From Tubulanus polymorphus (taxonomy: Eukaryota; Animalia; Nemertea), in contig NC_134031.1 of the NCBI RefSeq assembly GCF_964204645.1, positions 10,666,088-10,730,087 on the forward strand: DNA of 64,000 nucleotides, given 5' to 3'. Each line of letters begins with the position of its first letter. The stretch's first letter is position 1. The position numbers and the translations under genes were made by a program. Under the pieces are notes generated by a model. The model made no database searches. It was not told where the DNA came from and saw nothing but the letters and a program-made list of their open reading frames with translations. Shown one piece after another: positions 13,201-26,059 of this stretch.

Positions 13201-14895
13201 ACAGGATTCAAGACTGTGCAGAAAACCCGTTATCGCTGCTATGCAGCTATATTTCAGCCTGTTATCATACCAAACGTACACGCGCCAAGCAGCATTACAG
13301 CATCACCATATAGTAGTCTGTATGAGCGTGTGTTTGTGTGCGCAACAGTCTTAATGTTAAGCACTGCCGCACACTTGGCGTAGTGAATGTTCGCTTTACT
13401 TCAATCTCAATCAACACAATCACCGGTAATCAAAATGAAACAATACCTATGGCGATATGTGAAATAATCATATTCTCACCAGTAACGAGCATTTAAAATT
13501 CACACATATATGGCACCTAGTCCAATGAAATGTTCGCCATTTAAGGCATTCCCATAATTATTTCAGTAGCGCCTGAATTCCCTGTATATCCCAGAAACAG
13601 CCAATCACATTCGCTCATCGAGACGACGCCCCTCAATCGAGGTCATTGCCATTCTATACGCAAGAACTATCCCGCCAAAAACAGTTTTTCGTCGAATATA
13701 AACAAAGTTGACCATGTCATCGACCGAGGTTCCTCATGTCATCAATCGCATTGATTATACGTCATTTCACCCGAGAACCAATGAAAAAAATGCTCACATA
13801 AAAAGAGGTACCACCATTTTACATGAATTGGCTCAATGCCAACCTCATACTGCTGACAAAGGTAAACCAAAAAGGAAATTTTAGGGGGAATAAAAATCAG
13901 TAACTTTCAGCCAAGGTGCCCGTTCAGGCAAGGTGCCCGTTCACATCCATGTGATGTAGTCATTTGCATAATAATTCACCTTGTAAAATAAATCTATCCG
14001 AATGAATTATTAATAAAATATTATTCAAAAATCTTTGCAATATCAACTTCTATCACCATTCAACCCAATATAATCTGAAATAATCTTGAATACAAATTGC
14101 CGGATCTATTTTTGCAGCGGATTCAACCCCATTTATCGGATCTTTCGATAATTCAATGACTGTAAAAATGGTGTGCTTTGGTTCGCGTTAAACATACACA
14201 ACACGATACCGACACGCTCGTAATAGCTCTCTCGTTCCACGAGAGCTAAAAAACGAACTTTATTTTGGTTAGAATGTTAATAGTTAAGGCCTGAATTAGG
14301 GCCGCTTTTCGAATGAGACGCCATGTTGGTTTCACTGATCTCAGGAATGTCTCAGGAATGAAGAAAATGGAAGAAAAGGTTGGAAGATTTTCATCACTAG
14401 TTCATGGTGTGACGCTCATTTCATTTATTTCAAACACTGTGTACGAAGTTTGTTGGTTAGCCAATTGACTTGTTGTTAATTGCACAATTTTCTAAGATAC
14501 GAAGATTTACTTCCCTTTTTCCCAATTTCACTGCCCTTCTATAAAATTAACTGCTTTTCACGGCCGCCCGCTACGAACCCTGGCAGTTGAATCAATTGCA
14601 GTTTCCAAGATAGACTGGTTGCCTGTCCCACCTAATATGGGATGAGACAGGTAACCAGTCTATTTCCAAGAAAACTAGGTCACACACGCGGCACGCTTTT
14701 CATATACATACACAGATCAATACACTACATAGCAACGATTCTATATGACCATGACGCGCACGTGCATGAATATACGTAAAAAGGCATGTGTTCTTCCGAA
14801 AAGAAATGTAGTTCCAAAAACAAATAAAAAACTAAAATACAGCTGCAAAGCAGCGATAACGGGTTTTCTGCACAGTCTTAGAATCCTGTTCAACG

Positions 14896-15130
14896 GTGGA
14901 TTTCAACAAAGCATTTGATAAGGCTCAACATCAGCCATTACTAAACAGGCTATTAGGAAACAGTATCAATGATAGGTCGCCCAAATGGCTCAGCAGTTAT
15001 CTCTGAACGGAAACTTGTAACCGAAATCAACGGAACGCCTCATCTTGGAATGAGACGGTCTAACTAGTGGAGTCACGCAAGGTAGTATCCTAAGTCGTCT
15101 TCTGTTTAATGTCCTGACAAATGACATACA
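14896..15130 (+). pseudogene. Captured LINE (CR1/L2-type) RT fragment inside family C copy 2
   Basis: VDFNKAFDKAQH…KWLSSYL … TSGVTQGSILSRLLFNVLTNDI. Confidence 0.75.
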
Positions 15131-15224
15131 CAGTAATCCAAAATATACCAGACCGAGTAAATTTCCAAAACGACCTTAACACACTGTTCGACCAAAAAAC
15201 TTAATGTTCTGACAAAACCACAGG

Positions 15225-15482
15225 GACAAAACCAAAATTATGAATTGTCGCGGGTGACAAAACCAAAATATTGAATTGTCACGGGCGACAAAACCAAAAT
15301 AATGAATTGTCGCGGGCGATAAAACCACAATAATGAATTGTCGCCGGCGTTAAAACCAAAATATTGAATTGTCGCGGCGATAAAAACAAAATAATGAATT
15401 GTTGCGGACGAGAAAAACAAAATATTGAATTGTTGCGTGCGACAAAACCAGAATAATGAATTGTCGGGGGCGACAAAACCAA
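15225..15482. repeat. 31-bp minisatellite (~8 units, one more at about 16562-16600)
   Basis: Unit ~GACAAAACCAAAATAATGAATTGTCGCGGGC repeated head to tail. Confidence 0.92.
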
Positions 15483-16558
15483 ACTAGGGGTCCAGGGACA
15501 CCATGCTCACTTGGGAAGTGGTTTCAAATGCTCAACAATCTAACAATTTCAATACATAACGCCCTCTAGTGACCATAGACAAAAACCAATGACCTTGAAA
15601 CCCACCACAATCATAGAACATGTGAGCAGCTATGATTTTGTAATTGATTGTGATAACAAAATATGCCTCGTTACCAATTTAATATGGAAAAACTAAGTTA
15701 TTCTACTATTCAACGCCCCTGGTGACGATATGCAAAACCCAATGACCTTAAAACTCACCACAATCGTAGTACATGTCATGAAATACAACTTTGCAATTGA
15801 TCATAGTAACAAAATATGCCTAGGTACCAATCTAATAAGGAAATACTAAGCCATTCTACTATTCAACGCCCCCTGGTGACTATATGGAATAACTAATGTC
15901 CTTAAAAACTCACCACAATCATAGACGATGTCATGATCTACAACTTCGCAATGGATCATGGTAACAAACTATGCCTATAGGTACCAATCTAATAAGGAAA
16001 AACTAAGCTTTTCTACTATTCAACGCCCCCTGGTGACTATATGGAATAACTAATGTCCTTAAAAACTCACCACAATCATAGACGATGTCATGAACTACAA
16101 CTTTGCAATTGATCATGGTAACAAAATATGCCTTGGTACAAATATAATATAGCAATACTAAGTTATTGTATTATTCAATGCCCCCTGATGGCCACATACT
16201 AAAACCAATGACCTTGAAACTCACCAAAATCATAGAACACGTTATGGGCTACAACTTTCCAATTGAATGTAGTAACACAATATGCTTAGGTATCAATTTA
16301 ATGTGGAAAAACTTTTTCCCACCTACGAATGAGTACTGATGACACGAAAATGGCCGCCAATTGCGTCATAATTGGCTGATCAAAAATACCAGTCCCAGGT
16401 ATGAAACATCCCTCTCTAAAGAATACCCATCAGCAGTTGCAATGAGAAATGGCAAACCAGTAGGAAGCTACAGGACCTAGAATTCTGGCCAAAATTGACA
16501 TTTTTGGGCATTAAAAAGGTCATAGGACGGCCATCTTGAGTCAGATCGACCCATTTTT
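15481..16558 (-). mobile_element. HINE family A (5 internal units, truncated), nested in a 31-bp array
   Basis: AACTAGGGGTCCAGGGACACC start; the 31-bp array resumes at about 16562. Confidence 0.8.
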
Positions 16559-17579
16559 CGACCCAAAATAATGAATTGTCGCGGGCGACAAAATCAAAAT
16601 CATTGTTTTCTCGCGTTATTTTAGTTTTGTCTACTAAAGCTTTAAGGTCGCGTAAAACTCGATAAACACTTCAAGCGACACAGCGAACGATCTCCTTTCC
16701 CCCACAGCGAACGCTTACTCCGAATGTCAAGTGTGAGTCCAGCATACGGATAGGAGTGTGTTATATACTTGTATTTAGTAAATACCTTGTGGATTTGACA
16801 ATAGATCGGTATGTACTGTAGGAAATATAGAGTATTGATGGTATTGATATAGAGGCCCGCGGCCGAATAAAGTAATATATTCTTTTATTTTGATACCTCG
16901 TCGACATAACAGCTTTTCTCCGCTATATCTCTTCGGCGTGTTTAGTTTAGGCTTACGACTCCCCGGTACCCTTATGATTTATATTAGTAAAAACACGGTA
17001 AATTTGGTAAAGAAAAATGGGTATTGCTAAATTAACTACTTGACGCCCGCAGCCAAATCACTGGTAGTAATAAATTAATTTGTACTTGATTTGAATCTCA
17101 GAATGAGGAGAAACTCGCAGCTGATTCCCGGAACGACGATGTAGTGACACACGTCGATTTGTCGATGTTTACGGCTCGACAGTGCTTTTAAAATCTGAAG
17201 AAGTAAATTTCCTGTGTATTGGTATCATAATTTGATGAGGAAAATGGGTTATTGTTAAAATTAGTTTTTAAAAACCGCGACAGAATGTGCAATCTTTGGG
17301 TAATAAATTTGTTAATTTATGCTTGAATTGATAATCGATGTGACCAGAAACGTGCGGTAGATTTCGGAAAGACGACTTAGAAAAAACATGTCGGCACTTT
17401 GAATGGGGCTCAATTTTCGATGTTTACGGCCCGACAGTGCTTTTGTAACGTTGATTCTTTAAAATTCGCACGGAGTATTTGTAGATCGAACTGAGCTGAT
17501 TGATATCAGACGGATTGTATCGGCAACAGCGGTAATGTAAAAAAGCCTATGTACTTTTGACAAAAAATGTGTGGAAAAA

Positions 17580-17608
17580 AATAATAATAATAATAATAAT
17601 AATAATAA
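17580..17608. repeat. (AAT)n microsatellite within family C
   Basis: About 9 perfect units. Confidence 0.9.
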
Positions 17609-18160
17609 GAAACACGCGAATCTCAATAGGGTTTTCTGTGATGTAACAGAAAACCCTAATTAATAAATAAGCAACACATTCCAAAAAAATTCAATAGGGT
17701 TAGAGATTTTATATTAGCATTGAATGTTTTGAAAGTTCCGAAGAGAAACAAAGCCTCGTTAAGAAGTTATTTTGTACCAAAGGAAGAAAGTTTTATATGT
17801 GATAGCAAAAATGGATTTCACTAAAGCGAAAAGCCATGAAAATATGTTTGAAGACAAAATCACATTTTTTTCACATGGATTGCAAATTTTCACATTTTTC
17901 ACATGAATCTGATTATTCATGTTCTACATGAAATACATTCACTGTTATACGCCAAATGCACATCTTTGAAATTAAAGTTGGTCACCAGTCCACCATTTTG
18001 GAAGGCCATATGACCTAACAGTGGTGCTGGAGGTGCAGGGACTGCAGCGTCGAAAGCCGTGGCAATAATTGAAAGAGTCAATACGATGATAGATTGAACT
18101 ATTGGATGGCTGGAGCATGTATAAATGTAATATATGTAAGTAATGTTGACCTTACAATAC

Positions 18161-18220
18161 CTTGACAAAGTCAGCTGTAACGAGAGCTAATTCCGTCTGA
18201 GATCCTGGCAGCCAAACAGC
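18161..18220 (-). CDS. UBR4: UBR4 exon 18 (AVWLPGSQTELALVTADFVK)
   Basis: TAG/GTATTG; near-invariant 20-aa peptide. Confidence 0.95.
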
Positions 18221-18516
18221 CTAAAAGTAGAAAAACTAATTGTATTCAATGAAGAAATACATTTACAATTACCATAAGGATTATGTGGCAACACCACACA
18301 TGTTCCCCAGGCAGGCATAGATCCAGACTTTCACACATGCAGCACGTGCAATAACCGCAGAAAAATAAATAAAGAAAAGTGCACACAATTAGTGAGCCAT
18401 AAAAATTAATTGCCTTTCTCTACTAGGCCTAAAACAAAATGTGAATAAAAACAAATTCTCCAAAATTGAAAAAGGCAATACGAGGCATTCTCCTTTGCTT
18501 AAAAGGCAATATTCAA

Positions 18517-19600
18517 AAACTAGGGGTCCAAGGACACCATGCCCACTAGGGAAGTGGTTTCAAATGCTCAACAATCTAACACTTTGAATATTCAACGCCC
18601 CCTGGTGACTATATAAAAAACCAATGACCTTGAAACCCACCACAATCATAGAACATGTCAGCAGCTACGATTTTGTAATTGATTGTGATAACAAAATATG
18701 CCTCATTACCAATTAAATATGGAAATAATAAGTAACTATTCAATGCCCCCTGGTGACCATATGCAAACCCAATGACCTTGAAACTCACCACAATCATAGA
18801 ACATGTCATGAACTACAACTTTGCAATTGATCATGGTAACAAAATATGCCTAGGTACCAATCTAATAAGGAAATACTAAGTTATTCTACTATTCAGCGCC
18901 CCCTGATGAACATACAGAATAACTAATGTCCTTAAAACTCACCACAATCATAGACGATGTCATGAGCTACAACTTTGCAATTGATTGTGGTAACAAAATA
19001 TGCTTAGGTATCAATATAATGTAGGAAAACTTTTTCCCACCTACGAATGAGTACTGATGATACCATGATGGCCGCCAATTGCGTCATAATTGGCTGATCA
19101 AAACTACCTGTCTCAGGTATAAAACATCCCTTTCCAAAGAATACCCATCACAAATTGCAAAGAGAAATGGCAAACCAGTAGGAAGCCACAGGACCTAGAA
19201 TTCTGGCCAAAATTGACATTTTTGGGCACTTAAAAGGTCATAGGACAGCCATCTTGAGTCAGATCGACCCAATTTTTCTTATGCCGATGGGTCCTTGGTA
19301 GATTAAAATATGAATGCAAGATCGAGTGTCTTCAAAATTTCCCTCGAAAACTTCGAAAATGTGTAAAAAGTGCTGATTTTGGCGAACAACAATGGCTGCC
19401 AGTCGGCCATCTTGAATCTGACAGGGCCAGTTTTTGGGCTGAAGATGTGTCTAGGGTAGATACATGTATAAACCAAATATTAAGACATTACCTTGAAGCG
19501 TCTTCAAAACTTCCCAAAATAACTGGATTCCATCTACTGACGGACGGATGAAAAGTGAACGCAATAGCCCGCTCGGACCTAAGTCCCAAGTGGGCTAAAA
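18517..19600 (-). mobile_element. HINE/DINE-1-like non-autonomous Helentron, family A (complete copy)
   Basis: One end is AACTAG + short palindrome + subterminal GCCCAC; three ~155-bp tandem units; GACG microsatellite; terminal hairpin ending GTGGGCTAAAA; no TSD. Strand follows the CTAG-at-3'-end convention. Confidence 0.8.
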
Positions 19601-19738
19601 ATCCGCCATGATAACTCTCTGCTCTGGATATTCATGAGAAATTTCAGCGATCAATTGGCAGCAGTTATCGCGGAGATGTTCAAAAGGTTACTCTTACATT
19701 TTAAGTAATTTCAATAAATGCAAGCTACCCACAACTTG

Positions 19739-20860
19739 AAAATAAATTGCCCATGGGCAAAGTGTGGTTTACCTTGAAAGCTAGAGGTTGTTTGGAGTAA
19801 GGGGCATTGCTTGAAAAATCTTTTTCATTCGTGACTTCAAAGTTCTAGAAGTTTATATTGTATTTTATCTTAAGAATTATTCTGTAGTCAAGTAAGACCA
19901 GAGATAAACATTTGTTTATGGTCTACGTCCAAAATTTCGTGGGGTACAGGTAAGCACGGCATTGGATACTATTTTATATTTTCAAAAAAATATTTTTCAC
20001 AATATGAAAAAATATTCAAATAAAATTTATATGATGTCACATATCAGAGGGTGGCTGAATATTGAGTCTTGGAAACGAAACCTCTTCCAATGTATGGCCG
20101 CGGAAGCTAAAACCGGGGTGTAGTATTAGATCGTTTGAAATCCTGGAATTTACTAATTTACCTATACCTATAGTTTGCTGCTTAGTATTTTCAGGTCACA
20201 AGAAATTACAATCTATTACAAATTCTATCAAACAGAAAACAGCGCTCATCTGCTATGACGATTATTCAGCCTGTTATCATACCAAACGTGCACGCGCCAA
20301 GCAGCGTTACAGCATCACCATATAGTAGTCTGTATGAGCGTGTTTGTGTGTGCAACAGTCTAATGTTAGCGCTCACGCGCACGTGGAGGTCTTGTGTGGT
20401 GAACTTTCGCTTCACTTCAATCTCAATCAACACAATCACCGGGTATTGAAATGAAACAATACCTATGGCGATATGTGAAATAATTATATTCTCACCAGCA
20501 ATGAGCATTTAAAATTCGCACGGCACCTTGTCCAAAGAAACGTTCGCCATTAATGGCTTTCCCATAATTATTTTAGTAGTGCCGGAATTCCCCGATGTCC
20601 CAAAAACAGCTAATCAGCCAATTTGCTCGTAGAGATGACGTCCCCCAAAAGTGCTAAAAATTTTCCGGCCAAAAACAGTTTTTCGTCGAATTTAAACAAA
20701 GTTAACCATGTCATCGACGGAGGTTCGTCATGTCATCAATCGCATCGATTATACGTCGTTTAACCCGAGAACCAATGAAAAAAATGCTCACATAAAAAAC
20801 GTACTGCGATTTTACATGAATTGATGCCAACCTCATACTGCTGACAAAGGTAAACCAATT
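19739..20860. repeat. Interspersed repeat family E (~1.1 kb); other copies at 10283-13870 and 27321-29500, both interrupted
   Basis: Long colinear matches such as ATCAGAGGGTGGCTGAATATTGAGTC and CTTCAATCTCAATCAACACAATCACCGG in all three copies; termini not defined. Confidence 0.8.
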
Positions 20861-21082
20861 AAGCCCCGAAGTAAAACAGTAGACAATACTGTCGGTTCAT
20901 GTGAACACATGCTGACTTCAAGGACTAAGGCAATCATAGAGCAGACTTTGCTATCTGATTGGCTTTTTAAAAATGATATCTTTGCGTTCAGATTAGCTCA
21001 AAAGTACAGGGGATGGTGGATGGTGAACAATGAGTTAAAAACCTCTCCCCAAACTACTGTAATTAGCCAGACTTATACCTAC

Positions 21083-21265
21083 CTTGATGATGAAATTACC
21101 AGTTTCAAGAGATGGATGTAAAACAAGATGATCTGACACAGAGCCAGATGGGGTAAACGTCAGTACATGACAATCTTTTAAACCACAAACCGCTAGGAAG
21201 TCTTCATTACACTGGTTTCCAATGATGCTTAGCACAGTAAATGGTATTGGTGCAGAGGCCAATCG
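21083..21265 (-). CDS. UBR4: UBR4 exon 17 ([13 protein letters not shown]…GNFIIK)
   Basis: CAG/GTAGG; conserved. Confidence 0.95.
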
Positions 21266-22397
21266 CTGAAAACAATGATATAACAAGTAGAATACTCATC
21301 TTCAATGGGTCTTACAATTAAGGATTTCTTGGTAGAGCTAAGGCATAGATGAAATTATCAATGCATACAGGCATACAGTTGAACGGATATTTTCCCCAAC
21401 CAAAAGTGGTCCTATTTCCCAGATCCTGAAAAATTCCTCTGAGAAATTGATTATTTGTTCTCTATAGACTTTTAGTTTATTTCAATGTTAAGATGTGTTC
21501 TAATAATAAAATGCGTGGCTGCCGATGTAGTGTAGTAGTCAAAGCGCATCACTTACCTACCTTCCCTAAAAAACATAGTGTAATCGCCCAGACAGCAGGT
21601 CAATGACATTCATACGCACCCTATTTTGCATAATGGTATAGACCATACACGTAAGCCAATGAATGTGTGTATATTAAGCAGTGTTCTCTCTGTGAGTGAT
21701 ACTTATATTCAATTCTATTCAATTCAATATATGAATGAAGTTCACGTTGTTTTAAATACAGCATAGACCACATGAAAACATTTAAAATCACTAGAGGACA
21801 AACGGTCCTGTGCTCTCGAGGCAAAGTTTTTTTAATAATATCAATGAAAACATATTACATTGTCCATTCTTACTCTTTTAATTATTCTAAAAATGGCTCT
21901 AAAAATATTCAAAACTCCCCCTTTGGCATGGGCGTCCCTAGGATTTTTTGGGGGAGTTCGTTTTTAGGAATAGAAAGGGGTCAGGGGGTCCTCCCCCAGA
22001 AAATTTTTGAAAATTTCGTTCTGGTGCAATCTGAGGCAGATAGGTAGACTGGCTCCTGTTTACTGTGGTGTTTGTCTTGGCATGGGTACAGGCTTTTACA
22101 CTTTTTCCCCAATAATGACAAACGGACATTTTTTGTCTAACTTCGGTTATTAGTTCTGACCACTACTTGACTAACTACGAAAATTTAAGTTGACCCTGGC
22201 ATAGAGGGTTGAGGGGATTCCAAGAATGTCCAGATAACCCTCAATGAATTTTCAGCAATGAATTTAATATTTCCCTCAATGAAAAATCATGAAAACTAAT
22301 ACTTGGTATGTGGAATTATATCCAAGAAGCCTGGAGAATGTCTAAACCGTTCCGGACAATACAACCCTCGATTCCTGGATCATCTAACAATTGTTAT

Positions 22398-23275
22398 AAC
22401 AAGAGCCCCAAAGGGGCACTATGGCCAGCCTGTCAGCTTTTCAAAAATGGCAAATGATGATGCATTCTGTCAGTTAAATTTGTAAAAATACACTCCCAGC
22501 TCAGAGTCAATACCTAATAATTTACACAATACAACCGTAGAATACAAAAGTAGCACAGACAGCGACTGGAGCTGGCAGGAACAAATACCTCAGATAAATC
22601 GTTTCCCTTGGTCTTATTGATTCTAATGCGGAATAGAATTTAATTTTCTGAAAGTTGTTCAATAAAACAAAATCGAATTGTATTTATTGTCTTTATTTGT
22701 TCAATAAAGTTACATTGAATTGGATTTGATGTTTTTTGCAGAATAAAATTTGATTGAATTTGCAGTTTAGCATATGGCTAATTAGCATATCAAGGTCATC
22801 TATCCGATTTGAGAAAAAGCTTTTTCGGACTTAGCACAATTGTCAATGATATTTTATGTAGTGCTAATAAAAATATTCATCCCAAAAACCAAATCAACTA
22901 AAGCTTTCACAGAAATCGATCTTGAAATACAATTTTAGATCTTAAAATAAAACCCGGAAGTAAAACGGTAGACGATACTGCGGGTTCACGTGAACACCTG
23001 CTGATCTCTGCGGCTAAGCCAATCATAGAGGAGTCTTTGCTTTCTGATTGGCTTTTCAAAACCAATATTTTTGCAATCAGATCATTGCGAAAAAGCTCAT
23101 ATAAATTTTAACGAGACCCTCTTTCAAAATTCAGCTACGTAGAGTTGGAGAATGGATAATGCTTTAATGAATGATTTGTATGAATACTTGCTTAGTTGCA
23201 CAGTCAAAGAGCCTTTACTCTGGAAACCATGTCATTTAAATTCACTCAATTTGTATAGTAATACAGCTGACCTAA
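22398..23275 (-). mobile_element. HINE-like family G; related segments at 52195-52452 and 20865-21000
   Basis: AACAAGAGCCCCAAAGGGGC palindromic end and GCTGACCTAA end; more than 200 bp shared with 52195-52452. Confidence 0.55.
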
Positions 23276-23638
23276 TAAATGCTTATTGCTATGTTTCAAA
23301 CATCTCAACAGGCACTTATGTGGGAACCTAATAGGTCAAAATCAAACATCCTACACAATGAAGTTATGCTCTCAGTAACAACATATGGTATACACACATG
23401 GCATGCCATCTGGCAACTTCCAGAATCTACTGGAAACTTCAATAAAAATATCATGGTGAATCAGACCAGGGATAATTAACTATCATCACGATATGTCAAA
23501 CTATTCCTATGTACATGCGCCGTTTCAACAAACAGATTTCTCGCAACTGCAGAAAAACATCAGTTTCCCCTTTATTGAATACATTTCTGATACAGGACAT
23601 TTAAACATGAATCATTTACAAACAAATTCAAAACTCAC

Positions 23639-23890
23639 AGTTAGTGTTAACTTCCGTTTACTGCTATCAGCTTGTTTCAACAATGCAGACAGTTGTAGAA
23701 TCGTTATCTTTCCTTTTTCATGACTTACAGCCAAATGCTGGCGACGTCCTTGTGGAGTTGCAAGGCAACACATGGCTACTCTTCGCAACATGTGAGCAGT
23801 GATCAGTTGACGTATTGTCTGACCTTGATCGCCGCTATAGTTCATTCGAACATTTTCAAAAGCACCCTCTTGTGAGCCTAATGTGGCGGT
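23639..23890 (-). CDS. UBR4: UBR4 exon 16 ([24 protein letters not shown]…KRKLTLT)
   Basis: TAG/GTGAG; highly conserved UBR4 peptide. Confidence 0.96.
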
Positions 23891-23968
23891 CTATACATAA
23901 AGACACAATTGTACAAAAGGATTTTACAGAGAGGTTAATTGAACTTCAACTTACACTAAATCACATAC

Positions 23969-24139
23969 CATTAATTGTTCAGATATTTCTGTAGTCTTAT
24001 TCATTGTGTGTAAGTCCTCTAGAACCTTTCGTGCACGGGTGGCACTATCAAATATGGAAACCTTCTGGTAATTTTCCATAATCGATGGGACCAAAGCCAA
24101 CATCAATTCTAATACCGTGTTTACTGTGTTGGATGACTC
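23969..24139 (-). CDS. UBR4: UBR4 exon 15 (ESSNTVNTVLELM…SEQLM)
   Basis: TAG/GTATGT; phase 0-0. Confidence 0.9.
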
Positions 24140-24399
24140 CTAAAGAAAAACACATGAAAGTATAAAATGCTGCTGATACTATTTATGTTGCATTTCTCAA
24201 TAGGACAATCATGCAAAAAACTTCAAGTTTGCAACCATGAAAGCCATGCTGAAAGCCATATGCAGTTTGCAACCATGAAAGCCATTTTCACTAGGGGCAG
24301 AAATCTTTGATGAAAAAAATGAGATGCAAAGTAATCAAGATTTACAAGGGGTGTAGTACAGTTCAAGCCACCTTATGTCAAAGATTGGCCCTGGGGGAT

Positions 24400-25020
24400 A
24401 CAAATATGTATGAGATTCAAGATAATTGATTGAAGCGTCTTCAAAGTATAGCTTGAAAACATAAATGTGAAGGGCTGACTTCAGCCAACAACAATGTCCG
24501 CCAGTCGGTCATCCTGATTCTGAGCCATTTCAACCAGTTCTTTGGCTGTAGGCCTAGATGTGTCTATGGTAGATACATTAGAAAACCAAATATAAAATAA
24601 AATATCATTTAATAAAAACATTATCGCCATAGGCGACAACTGTTCTCAAGCTCAGGTCAAACTCATCATCCTCATCATAAGCTTTTGGTGATTAGCCATG
24701 GTTTGACTTTGCGCACTTGAAACTCGAGCTCCGAAATTGCCATTGCATTATGGATATGTTGTAACTAGCTAAATTTTGTCAGGATTAAATATATACTGAG
24801 ACCATAATAAAATTGTCCGAAAGTTTCATCAAAATTGCCCAATTATTGATGATGCTAAGTGACCGAAAGACAGACACGAGAACAAGGGGCCCACGGAAGC
24901 CCAAAAACCAATAATCCATTGAAGCGTCTTCAGAACTTCCAATAACAACTGGCTTTCAAATATAGAGGGACAGATGGACAAAGCCCACTGGGACTTGAAA
25001 TCCGAAGAGGGCTTAAAAAA
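24400..25020 (-). mobile_element. Degenerate family A-like fragment
   Basis: Shares GAAGCGTCTTCA and AACAACAATG.C.GCCAGTCGG blocks, plus a hairpin end GCCCACTGGGAC…GGGCTTAAAA. Confidence 0.5.
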
Positions 25021-25117
25021 GGTATAACAAAACAACCTGCAAATGAAATCACCAAATGATATTGTAAATACAATCACAATTGCCTGCTGGTTCAAATTTA
25101 ACAGTTGATTAACTTAC

Positions 25118-25348
25118 TGCATAGGAAATCAGAGCATCTTTACAACTTTCAATCTGTTTACAAAGGGCCTCCTTAGCTTTTGACACTTTATCAGTTTTTG
25201 ATGATAGCTTATCGCCTGAATGAGATGTTGACGTGAGACAGCGTCGAAGAGAACTAGTTAACATCATTGTTTCCATTGAAAATGGAGATTGCCCTGAATG
25301 TGTGGTTTGTACAGCATCTATTCCTGACATTGCTCGTTTTACTAATGC
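25118..25348 (-). CDS. UBR4: UBR4 exon 14 (ALVKR…LCKQIESCKDALISYA)
   Basis: CAG/GTAAG; inside ORF 25109-25354. Confidence 0.92.
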
Positions 25349-25680
25349 CTGCAAATTTAATATATGTCATTACATACTAGATATTATTTCTATCTAGAAT
25401 CAATGTCTTCTATCTTTCCTTGCACCCATATCAACTAAATCAGGAAGATTCATGCATAGACTATGCATACTTCATAACTACAGGAAATGTATTATGATCA
25501 CTTTCCTTCTAATACGTGTTTTTCTTAGTTTATTTCCATTTTGTTTTCCTGATCTGATAGACATCTACGTAAATAGGTAGATATGATATAACAGAGGGAA
25601 GTACTAGTTTTATTTACATATGAATTTTTTCATTGAACCGTTAATGTACCATGATGTGTCTATAAATCTTATAAGAATAC

Positions 25681-25828
25681 CTGACAGGATCCATCATCTT
25701 TCGCTCCACAATCACAGAAGAATGAACCATATTTGGCATAGGATAACTCATGATCTTTGTGGCAAACCTTAGCGCAGATAGTACATACCCCAACGCCATC
25801 TATCATCTTGCATGTATGACAATGATAC
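25681..25828 (-). CDS. UBR4: UBR4 exon 13, UBR-box zinc finger ([41 protein letters not shown]…)
   Basis: TAG/GTATTC; diagnostic UBR-type Zn finger Cys/His pattern. Confidence 0.97.
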
Positions 25829-26059
25829 CTATAAATGAACAAAAAGAAAAGAACAAGGGTTCCATGGACCTTGAGACTTGATAGCGAATGAATATATAGT
25901 TCCAGTTGGAAAAAAGGACATATTCCTTGAGATTTGGGAGAATTCCAGACCAGACTACCTTATATAATGTATTTCCGAGTAGTACTGTACGGTTATGGTT
26001 TTATGGTTTTTGCTAATATTCTCTGAATTTGGATCGATTGCCAGTAATTTCTCTAGCAA

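Larger units (their letters stand above)
10528..13255 (+). mobile_element. HINE family C copy 1 (nested in family E)
   Basis: Terminal hairpin AGGGTTTTCTGT…ACAGAAAACCCT; subterminal CAGAAAACCC at the far end; empty site visible at about 20250-20285. Confidence 0.8.
14833..17660 (-). mobile_element. HINE family C copy 2 (inverted relative to copy 1)
   Basis: 16640-17660 is the reverse complement of 10528-11530; 14835-15210 is the reverse complement of 12890-13255; (AAT)n near the hairpin end. Confidence 0.8.

Noticed and set aside
15225-15482. CRISPR-like regular repeat
   Set aside because: Units are head to tail with no unique spacers, there are no cas genes, and the context is a eukaryotic intron.
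21515-21560. tRNA or SINE head (GTAGTGTAGTAGTCAAAGCGC)
   Set aside because: A-box-like only; no B-box follows.
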